NCBI GenBank assembly: GCA_001687465.1
Contig: LVLI01000208.1
Location: forward strand, 62,001 to 126,000
Direction of reading: 5' to 3'
Origin: Halocafeteria seosinensis
Lineage: Eukaryota
DNA length: 64,000 nucleotides
In this document: positions 24,001 to 37,969 of the stretch, one piece after another
Layout of the letters: every line of letters begins with the position of its first letter
Numbering within the stretch: the first letter of the stretch is position 1
Made by a program: the position numbers and the translations under genes
The notes under the pieces: generated by a model
What the model was told of the DNA's origin: nothing
The model's input: only the letters and a program-made list of their open reading frames with translations
Databases searched by the model: none

Positions 24001-26431
24001 CCAAATGAATGTCATGTTGCCTAAACAAATCCATCCTTGCCGCATTATCCAGGAACAATATTAATCCAAGAAGCCTTTGAAGGATGTAGCGGTTTTGCTG
24101 TGTTTTTACTCTCTCGTCCCATCTTCCTTTCTTAGTTTTTGCGAACATATCTTCCGCGTTCTTACATTGCAAAAATGTCGTATGGATAAATCGTCTCAGA
24201 GAAGGATAGCCTCCATCGTGAGCTGCTTTCGGAGGGAAGTGGACTTCCTCCCCCATTACTGTCTCCAAACCAAGCCGCAGCCAAGCTGGATGAAAGTTCA
24301 GCAGCAACGTCGTCAAATATTCACGTGCTGTCGTATCGTTCTGGATATCAAACTTATCCCGGAAAGCAAGACTATCCTCCTCAATCTCAACGTCCACACT
24401 GTTCATTACTTCGGGAATGTGGCAATTTATTTCGTCTTCGGCAGGTGGCTCAGAATACACTTGAAAGGCATGTTGTCTGAGTTTTCTCGTTCGACATCTC
24501 CACTGCAGGAGGGCTTCATTCTTTGCTTTCTGAATACCATCGTCTGTCCTCTTCTTCTCACTCTTGGTGGTATTTCCTAAACTGATGAGCTCTGAAGCAG
24601 CTTTGTCCGACTGTTTATTTTCCCAGGCGTCTCTCCAAATAGGAAGGTCAAATAGGGCCGAATAGCGAGGCGTGTATGTGTTGTTCCATCGTTGATTGGG
24701 TTTGCTTGTGGCAACAATCACTGCCCCGTTGTTATCCCTGTCGAGAAGCTTTGATTTCGGGAATCCATTGGCGAAGAAATCGATAGCTCTTTGAGTCTGC
24801 TGCGTCCTGTTTCCTTGACCCTTTCCTAATAGGTTGGTAATGTTCCGCGTGTATTCGCCCATATTGAGGATTGCGTCTCGAGCTTTGGAATTGTTAAACA
24901 TTGTATTGATCCAATTTATTAACGCATAAGCCAAAGTCTCATTCCACTGCGGCGGTTGATGGGTCTTCCCCTTTGAAGCCTCCAGAGTCTTGGCTGCCCT
25001 CTTGGCCGCTAACTGACGTCCCGAAAGAGTATGAGATGCTTGTGCAGGAGCCTTCCTTGACTTATTTGGGAGTTTAGCTACTTTCGTTGATGCCAGGTAG
25101 GACGTTGGACGATTACTAATTTCCTGAGTGTGCTCAGCGGTAGGATCGTTCACACTTCTGTCTTCCACGGCTTTAACTTTCTCCGCACGCCTTTTCTGAA
25201 ATTCCTGCTGCCGCTTCAGAAATGAAGCTGGGGGACCTTTGACGGGCTTCTTGTCACCGGAACTGCCACTTCCCAAAGTAATTGTCATGCTCATACCTTT
25301 ACTGTTCTTCTGGTCAACGGCAGTTTGAATGGTCGGCGAGGCGGGAGGCATATCGTCGCTATTACCAACCGTGTCATCGTACTTTCTATCAAAATTGTCA
25401 GAGTGCCATTTAGCTTCTCTAAAACGACGCTGCTGTGTTGCCTTCTTCGAATGGGCAGTTAAAACCGCTGCTGGTGGTCGTTTGCTCTGTTGCACAGATG
25501 CCTGCGCTGAGTTGGTATCCACGGACTGTAATGGGCCTTGGGATGAGCTGGTTTGAGTCGCATTCTGTTGAACAGGAGCAAATGCAGACACATAAATTAT
25601 ATTAACAAGACTGAGTTGAAAATCATCTATAGATAAACCAACATACCCGCTTTGAGGAATGGTTTAGGCTGGAGCTTCGTTTCTGGGGATTCACATAATG
25701 GCATGAACGTAAGAAACGTAATGACGGCTGAGCCATTCACAATATAACGTTCTACTTACGCTATTTGATGTTGTACCAAGCTTTTTCTTCTTTATCTGAT
25801 CGTTTGCTTCGCCGAGCATAATGACGCTAGTCCGGAAGCGATCGTCTTGTAATAGTTGTATAACCTCTCTCGTCTTCCCTGCTGAGGAAGGGCACCAAGA
25901 TACGTAAAACGATTTCTTCTCCTGCGGTTGAAGTGTCCATTTGCGCGAATGTTCTTCTTCTTCGTCTTCGTACTCTGGATTGATTAATGGAACTTTATCA
26001 TCAGTGGCTGCATAGAAGTTTATAGTTCCAGCTTTAGGAAGTTTCCGAATAGACAACTTGACTGTCTTTTTCTTTGCCGGATTTTGCACAACCACTTCTT
26101 GGGCAACTTGTTTACCTGGAGTACACCCGCTAAATTCGACCATGGGAGGGCTGGAAAATTTTTCCAGAATCAATGTAGGCGTGGTGTCTTGCAGTTCCGT
26201 ACAAGGGCGATCGGTGGAGATCCGGTGGCAACCCATACGCTTGCCCTCAATGTTTCCACCACCCCCCTGGAGCGGACCTTCGGGCGGGACATTCTCATTA
26301 TTGGTGCAAGTAACATCAGAGCCGAACTGGATCGTCTCGCCTCCTAAATCAGCCTCCTCGTCGTCCAGCAACTTCGCGGGGTCCTTGGTTAACGGCTGCC
26401 GCTCGCCGGCGGCAGATCGACGTCCCAGCAT
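21056..26431 (-). CDS. ASPM: Abnormal spindle-like microcephaly-associated protein homologue
   Basis: N-terminal ASH-like exon, FHPAWLRLGLETVMGE, two CH domains (SLALLWMII; WSSGFGDGLALCNVIHFYRPDL), many IQ motifs and an ARM-like tail with RSCNR. Confidence 0.9.
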
Positions 26432-26656
26432 TTCGCTCTTTCCCTTCCACAAATGATGACCCCTACCAGTGCAGTTAACGCATACAGAGAAATAAACGTT
26501 TACGAGTTGACGCCACAACACGAATGGAGAAAACACAATGGAGAGCGGATGTGAATGGGCCAAATACATGAACTTCACAAACGCGTCACGACGCGCCAAA
26601 ATCTCTTGGGTCGAAAAAATACGGACTACACACGGTGTTTCGTTCGTTTATCATCA

Positions 26657-29600
26657 TTAAAAATTTCGGTCCCGCGGACTTGTTTTAAAGCTAGAAGACG
26701 TCGATATGAAGGTGTTCACGGTAGGAGGAAGTCCTCGACTTAACATATACGATTGCTCCTGGAGCACCTCGTTGTAACGAGGTTGGCAGTAGAAGAAACC
26801 TCCTCCGGAGTGAAAGAATGCATTCTCTATTGCGTCAATAGCGGGTACCACCGATCCTAAAGAGTCATGCTTTATCTCTTCAGGTGATTGTATACCGTTA
26901 TTTCTTGACATCCCCGAGTTGTGTTCACTGTCGTTGACAGAGCCACTCTTCAGCATTCTGTACTCAGTTTCTTTCGGGCTTCCTGGTCCTTCTCGATTAC
27001 GCAGGCCCTCCCATTTACGAGCATCCGTAGCAAATATTCCTACACTAACGTAAGTTGGAAGGCTATTACCGCCAGTCCAATTGAATTGTTCGATGTCCTT
27101 CAGAGGTTCGAGTGCATCGTCGATCCGTACCATCAAGTTCACGTATACACTCCCGTCTCCCTTATTCGAATTAGGCACATAGTTTACCAGTTCCTCAATT
27201 GTTTCCGGAATTTGGTCCACTAATGCTTTCAGTTCGTCCTGCCTAAAGGCCTGCTTTTCGGGATATTTCAGCGGTGTCAGAGCAGACTCATGAGTAGAAG
27301 GAGGGCTCTTCGGCGGAGCCAAGATTGTATTACCTTCTAGAGAGAAACCCATAAATTGGTCGCGTTGGTTCCATATTTCTACTTCACTCAAATCTCCGCG
27401 ACCGCTGCCAAAAAGCCACATATCTGCCTCACTACTCCTGTCAAAGACCCCTCGCTGCTTTCCTGTAGACAACGATTCTTCCGGGTGGTACTTCTCGAGA
27501 AAGTTGTTCCGAGCGCGTAGAATTCGCGACATAACAGAAATATAGGCGGACATTCTTGACGATTGCCTTCTCTTTAGCCGCAAATATGTCTCAGAGGAAA
27601 CCTGAATGTCATCAGGAACACCACTACTTTCCATTGTCATGGCCTTGCCAACAGTCTCACCAAAAAGGTGATACCGCGGGTCTTTCCTTCCCACAACACC
27701 AGCGATCACAGGACCTGTGTGAATACCAATACGCATCCTTATATCAGCCTGAGCAACTTGTCGAAGTCGCGGCATCATCATTATCATTTCGATCGCTGCG
27801 TTGGCACACCTTTCAGCATGATCGTTCACAGGCTCCGGGCATCCAGACACGCAGAAATAAGCATCGCCAATGATTTCGATTTTCTGTATCCCATACTTCT
27901 GGGTGATTGTATCAAATGTGCTTACCATTACGTTCAAGAATTTAACCAGAGTTTCGGGATCTACAGTGCTACTGAAATCAGTGAATCCTTTTAAATCTGT
28001 AAAGAGAATCGTACAATTAGAGTGTGCGGTAGCTAGGACCTCACCCGGGGCTTTATTCCTTAGTTGCCTCACAATCTTCTCTGGCAAAATATTAAGCAAT
28101 ACCTCTTGTGTCTTCTTTCGTTCTTCTGAAAGCAAATTCTTCTGTTTCTTAACGGCGATTTGCCGTAAGTAATTATGACGGTGGTGATATTCGGCTCCAT
28201 AAACAGGCGCAGCCTGTGCAAGGAAGAATGTGGCAAGGTAGACAAACTGAACGGTGACGTCGCCAGTATCGATCTCATCGAAGTCAAGAAGTGCCAGCAG
28301 TACAACGTGGCAAGCAGTTAGAAACAACATTAATATCAAGCGATATCCAATTGCTACCAGGGAGATATTCATTCCGTAGACAATAAATAGAGCAAGAACA
28401 CCGAAACCAGGGCTTCCGCCGAGCATAGAAATCGAAATAACAGTACCTCCAACAGCCAGCATCATAAAGGCAGTAGCAGACTGCGCGAGACAGAAGTATC
28501 TCCTGAAAAGCGGAAGCAGACTAATGCCCACGTATACAGCCAACGCTGGGCAGAGCACTGCGAACCTCAAGAGAGAAATTAGCCATACATTTGTCGGCTT
28601 TTCTGAGGATTGCCACACAATCGCATCTCTAGCTAAGAACGCCAGCAAGGCCAGCATACAAAAGATCGCGGATTTGCGGGCGAACCGTCTCCAGTGCCTA
28701 AAATGAGACCTCAAATAAGCTCGCTCAATCTTCCCTCCGATAGAGTCTCCCCTGGAATCGTAGAAGCAATGGACCAATCTCGAGTGTATGTGTCCGGATA
28801 TTGGGCCCGTCATTTTCTTCCTCATGTCTTGCGAGGGATCACGATGAAGGTACTTAACACTCTCCACTAAAGAGTCTCGACGCTCGGTCTTTATCAGCTT
28901 TGGTGGCTTTGGTCGTGGTTCCCGGATTGGTTCATCCTGCTGCTGCTGCTCCTGGTTGTCTTGTTGTTTACCCGTGGTTTCGTTCGGAGGAGCTTCCGGA
29001 GATTGAAGCGTTGTATCTCCAGTAATTACTTCTTGTAACTGAGAAGAATTTTCCTGATCTCCTTCAGTAGAGCCCTTATCGTCGTCCCCATCGAGATCTT
29101 CAATGCCTACCAGGGAATCATACCACATTGACCCTTCCGGGTCATTGGCGTTTGTCTGTCCTTCAAACTCACCTTCGATTCCATCGTCGTCTCCATGCGG
29201 TTTCAAATACCGCTGAGATCTCCCAATTGCAGCTTCAGGATTCAAATTGTTAATGTATGACATCACTGCCTCGCTATTAGCCCCTTCACTCAGCGAGCTG
29301 ATTTCAGAATTACTGTCATCATCACTATCATCTCCTATACGCGTCCCATCACCCAAGAAATGTGACGCATTGGAAGATTTGGCGTTACTGCCTGTATAGC
29401 ACCGACGGAGAGTTGTTTCCGATGGACCACCAATGCTAGACTCTATGACGCTTCGTGAACGTGGCCGCCTCGGAACCACCTTGCTATTATCTGGTTCTCC
29501 GTCTTCCTTAGGACCGCCCATGGGATATACTTTCACTTTCGAACCACCCTCAGACTCTTTGCTGTGAGGCTTAGCTCTCGATTCGCGTGCATCATCAAAC

Positions 29601-31929
29601 GACAACTGTTTACCTTTAGTCGGTGAAGCCAAGTCGGCAGGCGTTTCACCATCCTCCAGATTGAGAGCCTCTGACCACCTTAACGTGTTGAATTCTTCAT
29701 TGGCATTGTCGTCTAGGTCAGCATTTTCATGATTTTCTGCTGCTACTACTTCACTGTCAACGCTAACACGCGATTGGCGACGATTACCTGCTCTCCCATC
29801 CAAAAACCAAATTGGGCGGTTCCCTTTCCCTTTCACAGCAATTGTTCCTCTAAACGATATCTCGAACGCCGTTCTACTCTCTTTCAGGAGCTCGTATGAG
29901 GACTTGGAAAGCTGAATCCTACCAGCAGGGCACGTTGATTCCATTCTCGAAGCAGTATTTACAGTATCTCCAAACAACTTGTATCTTGGTTGGGATAAGC
30001 CCACAACTCCAGCAACGACAGGTCCGCTATTGATGCCAATGTGAATCTCCAAGTCCGAGGCATCAATTCCTATCTCTTTCAAAATGTTCCGTCGCACTAT
30101 AGGCATATTACTCATCATTGCCAGTGCCATGCTAGCCACATGTTCGGCATGCCTCCTGTTTGATACCGGACAACCTCCAGAAACCATGTAAACTTCGTTG
30201 ATTGTTTCGACCTTGTGAAGCATTGGATAAGAGTCTATGATATAGTCAAACATACTGAAGACCACATTGAGTACTCGCACAACATCTTCCGCCGAAATAG
30301 ATTCGCGAATCTTAATCCTCCTGCCTTTACTATCTGTGGCGTACTGAGCCGCGCACCATGTAGAAAAGTCACAAATTTCGCAAAACAATATCGTAACGGA
30401 TTCGTAGCTCTGCACGATTTGTTCCTGGCCCGCCTTCAATTTGGCCACAATTGATGGAGGCAGCATGGACGCGAGCAATTGTTGGGCAGTATTTTTCTCT
30501 TGACGAATTAGGTCACTGTCTACCCGCATGATGTACTCATCCATGAAACTCTTGCGGAGCGTGAACTCCAAGCTGTGGCCAATGTACCCCACAGCTACTA
30601 GAAAAAGAATCAAGAGCCCAAATATATCTACTCGTTCGCTTCGTTCAAATTGCCCTGAAGAAGGTGGAAAGAACGCGAGAGATGCTGCAAAGCCAAGAAT
30701 CAGGACACCACCCAGGGCGGTCGCCACCCAAAATCGCAATGGAGTAAAACTGTATATGTACACTATAGAGAAAGCGAATATTCCATAACCTGTCAGACGT
30801 ACAGCAACAAACATAGTAGCATCCGTCTCACAAGACTAACGGTTCAAGCACATACCTGGATCTTCACTCATTATGGAATAAGCTACGACAATAGATCCCA
30901 CAAAAAAACCCGGAATAAGAAGATAGTTTGAATGGGTGCGGAACTTATCTGAGTAGGTAAACAAGATTAAAGCCAAGCAGACAGGGACAATACCACACAG
31001 TCGCAGTAACAACGCTCCAATGAAACGATCGCTATCAGCTCCGAACCGGTTAATATCGTAGGGTATCATCAACAAGCTTAGAGCCCCAAGGATGAAAGTG
31101 GACCACCTAACAGCTGGGCGGTAGCGCAGAGCGTTTCGCATCTCGAAAGCCACGTTCAACAGCGGTTGCGGTTTTGCCACACCATCGTGTACACTTTCAT
31201 ACTTGAGACTGCACTTGTTCAGCCTTAAATTTTGATGATCAACAGGGCCCAATTTTCTAATCAAGCTTCGATCAACCGAAGCACTCAGGTAGGATTCTGC
31301 ATTCAAGAAAGAGCGAGGGAAGGAAGAGTACAGCGCCCAAGCAATATACCTAACATGCCTCCGGCCATACCTGCCGCGCTCAAGTCGCGCACACTTAGGT
31401 CCATTCCTGCACTCAGCCTTGCTTTCCTTTTATCAAGTAAACCACCATTTCCACGTCCAGAGGAAGAGAGGCTGAGTTTATCTCCAATTTTCTGTTTAAA
31501 CGTAGCCCATTTACTCCCAGATTTTGTTAACTGGCGACGTTGTGGGGGCGTTGTCTTTCCCTTTGTTTCCTCCGTTTGTTGACTATCACCTCCAGGTTGT
31601 CCCTGAAACCGAGTCCGCTTGGTTTCTAGGGTCTCTGCAGCCCCGCTATTGACCGCTTCTTTCTCTCGCTCTTCATTTTGGGCTGCCATGTAGTAGGCCG
31701 CCACCGTGTCTTCCTCCATTTTCTGTTTCAATGAGTCCGATCTTTCGACGCTGGGGCCTTCCCCCTCATCTTTGTCGGGTAAGGGAGAGACACGTAAGTT
31801 ATCATGATCACCATCTTTGTCATGGCTGCCTGTATGGCCTCGTAAAGAGCCATTGAAGTGCTCCTCACCGCGGTCTCCAGGGAGCTCTTCCGCCTCCACA
31901 TCCACGATTTCTTCACTCATACGCGACAT
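26657..31929 (-). CDS. Membrane class III nucleotidyl cyclase, two TM blocks and two cyclase domains, probably guanylyl-specific
   Basis: Domain 1 HKVETINEVYM...YKLFGDTVNTASRMES; domain 2 TILFTDLKGF...KIEIIGDAYF...YHLFGETV. Intron 31370-31297 and one starting near 30855 join three ORFs. Confidence 0.9.
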
Positions 31930-32197
31930 ACTGGCTTACAGACTATAGATACGAATGCGCAGCTGTTGTTGATACCAACAGAGACGCGCTATTCCTTCTG
32001 GAAAGCCTGAATAAAGGCTTTATGCAGTCAAAAAGCACGCCCCATACTAGGAGATTGCCACCAGATACTTTCCTCACAATTACCTCACCAAACCCAAGAG
32101 GGTTGTCCTGCCTGGCAATCCTTAACAGTCAAACATCGCCCAAAGGACGACGCATGCAATCCAAAAAAGAGGCTTATATGCAGTGAAATGAATAAAT

Positions 32198-32345
32198 AAA
32201 AAAAAAAGCCAGTCCCGGGGGCGGTGGTGGGGGGACCCTAACCGCCCCATGGGACGGCAGACTCGGGTCGACCAACCCTAGACTTGCCGGACCGTTGCGC
32301 AACCCACGCGGGTCTCGGGCCAGGGGAACGTAGGTTTCTTGCAGT
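32198..32345. ncRNA. Candidate GC-rich structured small RNA (unassigned)
   Basis: Consecutive hairpins at 32208-32258, 32256-32288 and about 32302-32313, abutting an A10 run (T10 on the minus strand). Confidence 0.4.
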
Positions 32346-32984
32346 TCGATAAGTGCACTCCGAAGCTTTTATCGTTGTTGAAGCAGTTAAATTTCCACCA
32401 ACTCTAAACCCGTGGTTCTCTAGCGTATACCGGAGCGATCTAGAGACGGCGGAGCGGAACACGCTTCATCATGCAAGGCTTCGTGGAATCTCGAAAGGTT
32501 CGAGTCGAAACAAAAGAAGTGCTAATGGCTGCGATGACGGTACTGGAAGGTTCATAATGCGAACTACCGACGTTCGTTGACGGCAGCACGCTCCTTAGTT
32601 CCATGAGTGGAGCGACCGAATGAATGCCAGCAAAGCGCGCGGCTTATCATCCCCGAGCAAGGTGAATATATCACATCATGGTACAAAAATGTAGTTTTAG
32701 CTCGGTAGTGTGACGTGACAGTGTAGTGTCCGTGCGCTAGAGAAAGCACCTGGGGCAGATGGGCCGGAGTTTTTTGGAAGGACGTGACTCCTCGATAGGC
32801 TCCCATTGCAGCTCATTTTGGAATGTTTGACGGTATATACATATCATACCCCTGTGTATGTATCTATATTTGTCACCAAGTGTGCATTGGTGCGTGTGTG
32901 TGTGTGTATACATCAAGCTTCACGGCGCTCTTTCGTTGTTTTTGAAGAGAGTCCTTACCGCATTCACCTTCCATTTTCATTACA

Positions 32985-35900
32985 ATGGAGGGCCCCAATA
33001 CTCCTACAACAGCCCCACAGGATGCTGATAAACCTACCAATGACCATCAAGAAGACAGTATTCAAAATGATGGAGAGAATGGCGCGGTATCGTCATCTTC
33101 CGCCACTTCCGATGCGGTCCATGTGCAAGTGGAACCGGAGGAAAATCGACAAAATGGGACCTTTTCGGAGGTCATAAAGCCCAAGAGTCTCAACCAGAAG
33201 GCGCAGTCATCTTCGTCCGAGACTGCAAGCGCGTCGGCGGCGAATGAGAAGAACTCCTCCAAGAGGCAAAAGAAAATGAAACGGGTGCCTTATCATCGAT
33301 TGTTCCGATATGCCACGAAATGGGATATTGTGGCCATTGTCATCGGATTTATTATGTCAGCCGCCGTCGGAACGTTGTTACCTCTCTTTCTTACCGTTTT
33401 CGGGGAGATGCTTGACGAGTACGTGTTTTCCTACGTTTTTCGATTGAATTAAGGAGATTCCTATTTGGTCGATGTTGATACAGTTTCCAGCAGGATGATA
33501 TGTTGGATCAAATACTGGCCAATTGGACGTATTTATTGGCTATTTGTCTAGTTGGATTCGTCGGAGGATATTTAGGGGTACGCCAACGATGCATTTCTTC
33601 TTGGGTTGAACAATGCCTCGAGAGACTTTGTGCGTCTATATCCAGATAATGTTACTAGGTTTGGTAGCGGAAAGACAAGTTCACCAGTTCCGGCAGGAAT
33701 ACTTTCGAAGCTTGCTATACCAGGTATGGCAAGGCTGTCTCTTTAAAGTTGGCTTATTGCTTTGGCTTGAAGTATTTGAATTCTGCTATCCCAGGACATC
33801 GCTTGGTTTGACAAGCACACGATCCATGGTGTTGTAACCCACTTAGCAGATGATATGAACACGATCCAAAATGGTATCGGGGACAAATTGGGATTAACGC
33901 TATCCTACTTCAGCTCCTTTGTTACTGGTACGATATCGGTGGTCTTGATGCGGGAAGAACACTACCAGTACAAGCTGATTTGGTCCCGTCTGCAGGTATT
34001 ACCGTAGGGTTCAGCAAGAGCTGGAAGCTGAGCTTAGTGGTTTTGTCATTGATACCGTTACTGATAGTGTCTGCAGGTAAGTTAATTGTGCCGCCATACG
34101 GGGGCGTTATGACTTGGTTGATATTCCCCATATCGTATGCAGCTCTGATGAAATCGATGATGCAAAAAGCGGGTGCCACTGCTCAACAAGCATATACGGA
34201 TGCTGGGAAGGCTGCCGCAGAAGCGCTTTCATCCATCCGCACGGTGATGGCGTTTGGCGGGGAACATACGGAACTGAAAAAGTATAAAAAGCATCTAAAG
34301 AAGGCAGAAAGTGCTGGAATAAGAGGTGGAGCTATAATGGGTGCTAGTATAGGGCTCTTCTTTTTCTCCATGTACTCAAGTTATGCTATTGGCTTGTGGT
34401 ATGGATCAAGCCTCATAGTAGATGACCGCAGAAGTAATCCAGCGTGTGAAACGGACACAGCGGCCAGCAATTGTTTCACTGGCGGAGATGTTATTACGGT
34501 GTTTCTGGGAATACTGATAGGATGCATGATGCTGGGTAGCATGTTCCCGAATCTCAGCAATCTGGCACAAGCGCAGGCAGCGGCATACCACATTTTTGCT
34601 GTTATTGATTCTGAACCGACGATATTGAAAAGTGATGAGCATCAGGAACAGGAAAAACCTGAAGTAACGAATGGGGAGGTGATCTTTTCGAACGTAGTCT
34701 TTGAGTATCCTTCCCGCCCGGGACAGATTGTGCTTAACTCTATCAATTTGTGCTTTGAAGCAGGAAAATGCTATGCGCTGGTAGGGACGTCTGGATGTGG
34801 CAAGTCATCTTGTATTCAGTTGATGCAGCGACTTTATGATGTTAACGGTGGACAGATTGTCATTGATGGTGTTGACATTCGACAGTTTGACGCACATGAC
34901 TTGAGGCAACGTATCGGGGTTGTTTCTCAGGAACCCCATTTATTCACCGGGACTGTAAGAGAGAACATCGCGTTCGGATCCCCTAGGAGACGTGAGACGC
35001 CCCTAGATGATATAAAGACTGCGGCCAAGACGGCCAACATTCACGAGTTCATTGAGAGCCTTCCTCATGGCTACGACACGGAGCTTGGTGGAGATGGAGG
35101 AAAGCTATCCGGGGGCCAGAGGCAAAGGTAAGTGAGGTACAGACATTTCTTTATTCCTCACCGCCAGTTTCACATTGCCCTCCTCAATACTTTTTGCAGA
35201 ATTGCTATAGCTCGTGCACTTGTGGACAATCCCCGGATATTGCTGTTGGACGAAGCAACAAGCTCGTTAGATACCGAGAGTGAAAAGCAGGTTCAAGAGG
35301 CACTAAATGAATTAACCCGGGATACTGACTCTTCACGAACAATTATTACCGTAGCGCATCGTTTGAGTACAATCAAGCATTCCGACAAGATTTATGTCTT
35401 AAACAAGGGAGAGGTAGTAGAGACAGGGACCCATGAAGAACTCCTTAGGAAAGAAGGGATGTACAGTTCGTTATACCACTTGAGTAGCAATACTGACACT
35501 GACGACAGTGCGGAAGTACCCAAAAGGACGCGCCAAGAAAGTGCCGGTTCCGAGAGAGAACCCTACGGGGAGTCGGCGATCGCAAACTCTTGTACGGAAG
35601 ACGACGCGGTACAACCTACTGCTGATGCTAAGAATGAAAACTCCGAAGAAGAGAAGATACCCTATCGAAGGTTGTGGGAGTATCAGAAGCCGGAACAGAT
35701 GCAAGTTTTCTGTGGCATCGCCGCTGCAGGGATCAATGGGAGTATTAGACCCGTTTTTAGTATCCTGTTCACCGAAATACTTGCAATTTTCTTCTCTGCC
35801 GATACTGATCATCTAGAGAATGAAGCGTTGGATCTCATGGGATTCTTCTTCCTGCTTGCAGCAGTAGCTTTTCTTGCCAACCTTTCGCAATTCTATTTAT

Positions 35901-37507
35901 TTCAGTACGCCGGGGAGAAATTGACTTCGCGACTAAGAGCAGATGTTTTCAAGAGTTTGCTATCTCAAGAAGCAGGCTTTTTCGACACTACCGATCATGC
36001 TCCCGGGAGATTGACGGCGCGGCTGGCTTCAGATGCCTCCTTGGTCAAAAACGTGATCGGAGACAATCTAGGCATCAATTTCCAGATTTATGCTTCACTT
36101 ATTGCTGCTCTAGTGATTGCCTTAGAGGCCTCGTGGCTTCTCACGATCATTGTGATAGGAATAGTCCCTATCCTTCTAGGGACTACAAAGATGCAACAAA
36201 GAGCAGCCTCGGGGCTGAACAAGGACGCCGAGACGCAGAGGGATCAAGCCACTCAGGTAGCGCAGGAGTCTCTTTCGACCATTCGGACTGTGCAAAGCCT
36301 TGGAGTCCAAAACGAATTTTTCCAAAGATTCATGAGTAACCTTGAAGGGCCGTTTAGAACGGGATTGAAGACAGCTCATGTGACTGGTGTAGGGGCCGGT
36401 GTTAGTCAGTTTCTCACATTCGGTTCTTACGCTGCTGTCTTCTTTATCGGAGGGGCTTTAATTGATGCCGGGTATACCAATTTCAGGGACATGCTGCGCG
36501 TCGTGTTTGCCTTGACTATGGCGGCGTCGGGTGCAGGTAGGAGTGCCGCAATGGCTACGGATTCGTCTAAAGCTAAGACTGCTGTTCTGAACATATTCGC
36601 TCTTATTGATCTCCCTTCCACAATCAATGGTATGGCTGCCGCCGATGAGCTAACTGAGGATGATATTGGGAACCTCAGGGGAAGAATCGATTTTCGTGAC
36701 GTACACTTCGCTTATCCGGCTCGCAAGGATTATAAAGCACTAGATGGTGTCAGCTTTACCGCGCATCGAGGAGAGACGGTTGGCATTGTAGGCCCCAGTG
36801 GCAGTGGCAAAAGCACCATCATGCATATGCTCCTCCGGTATTACGACAACGACACTGGGGAGATTCTCGTGGACAAAACCCCGCTACGTCAGTATAACGT
36901 ATGTCGTGCCCGCGGAAGCATGGGTTTGGTTTCACAGGAGCCTCAATTGTTTGCTGACTCAGTGCATTACAATATTGAGTACGGTTGTGTCAGGCGCAAA
37001 CCTGAACCTGGCCTGGGCGTACCTCCGGATGCTGACCCTTCTACCGCGCCTGATCCCTCGTTTAAAGAAGAGCCTGATGTAGTAGCAGCAGCTCGGGATG
37101 CCAACGCGGATGGGTTTATTCGCTCGTTTACCCATCAATACGCTACTCATGTCGGTGATGAAGGTAATCAGCTATCTGGAGGTCAGAGACAGAGAGTCGC
37201 TATCGCGAGGGCTCTCATCAGAGACCCTTCAATTTTGCTGTTGGATGAAGCAACTGCTGCGTTGGACACAGAGAGCGAGCGGATAGTGCAGAGCGCCCTG
37301 GACCGCGTTGTCAAAGAAAGCAAGGAAGGGGAGCGTCAGCGAACTACGATTATAGTTGCACACCGTCTGAGCACTGTAAAGAGCGCAGATAAGATTATTG
37401 TCATGAACAATGGCCGTGTCGAAGAGGTCGGTACCCATACTGAGCTCCTTGGGAAGGGTGGGCTGTACCATACGCTAGCCAGTGCCCAAGGGTTTACTGA
37501 AACTTGA
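32985..37507 (+). CDS. Full-length ABCB (MDR/P-glycoprotein) transporter, multi-exon
   Basis: TMD-NBD-TMD-NBD layout; Walker A GTSGCGKS and GPSGSGKS, two LSGGQRQR signatures, ILLLDEAT and VAHRLST; in-frame GT-AG introns. Confidence 0.96.
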
Positions 37508-37969
37508 TTTCTTAGTATGAATAAGTGTGATGATATACGATTTCCGTTTCTCCGGTTTCACTTATTAACGCTTGGTCTAATTTAGCTGCCCTCGTTCAAG
37601 AATGGTATTCAGTTAGTTTTTCTACAACGAAACAGCTTCGTTTGCTACAACCACAGTAAACCAATGCGTTCAGACAAAATCAACGAGTTTGCTTCTTTAA
37701 CAGACATATTGCACCCGTGAATAATACGATACATGCACTTAGTAAGCTACAAAGTTGTACAACTTGTACCGACGTCTTTGAGACGAGTCATTGGACTAGC
37801 TCAGCTTCGGGACGAAGTTTGGAGGCAACAATCATTCCGCCTAGTTTTCTTGGGCAGCAAACAGACACCGAAAAAGACCCCATGTTTGTCCCCATATTTG
37901 AAGGTGTTCTGTCGGTCATTTGACCACAGTTCTAGGCTCATCCGATAGACGAGTGTTTGAAGTTTTAGA

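Noticed and set aside
32354..32361. TGCACTCC resembling U1 snRNA loop II, suggesting a U1 gene
   Set aside because: No ATACTTACCTG 5' end, SL1 loop or Sm site nearby on either strand.
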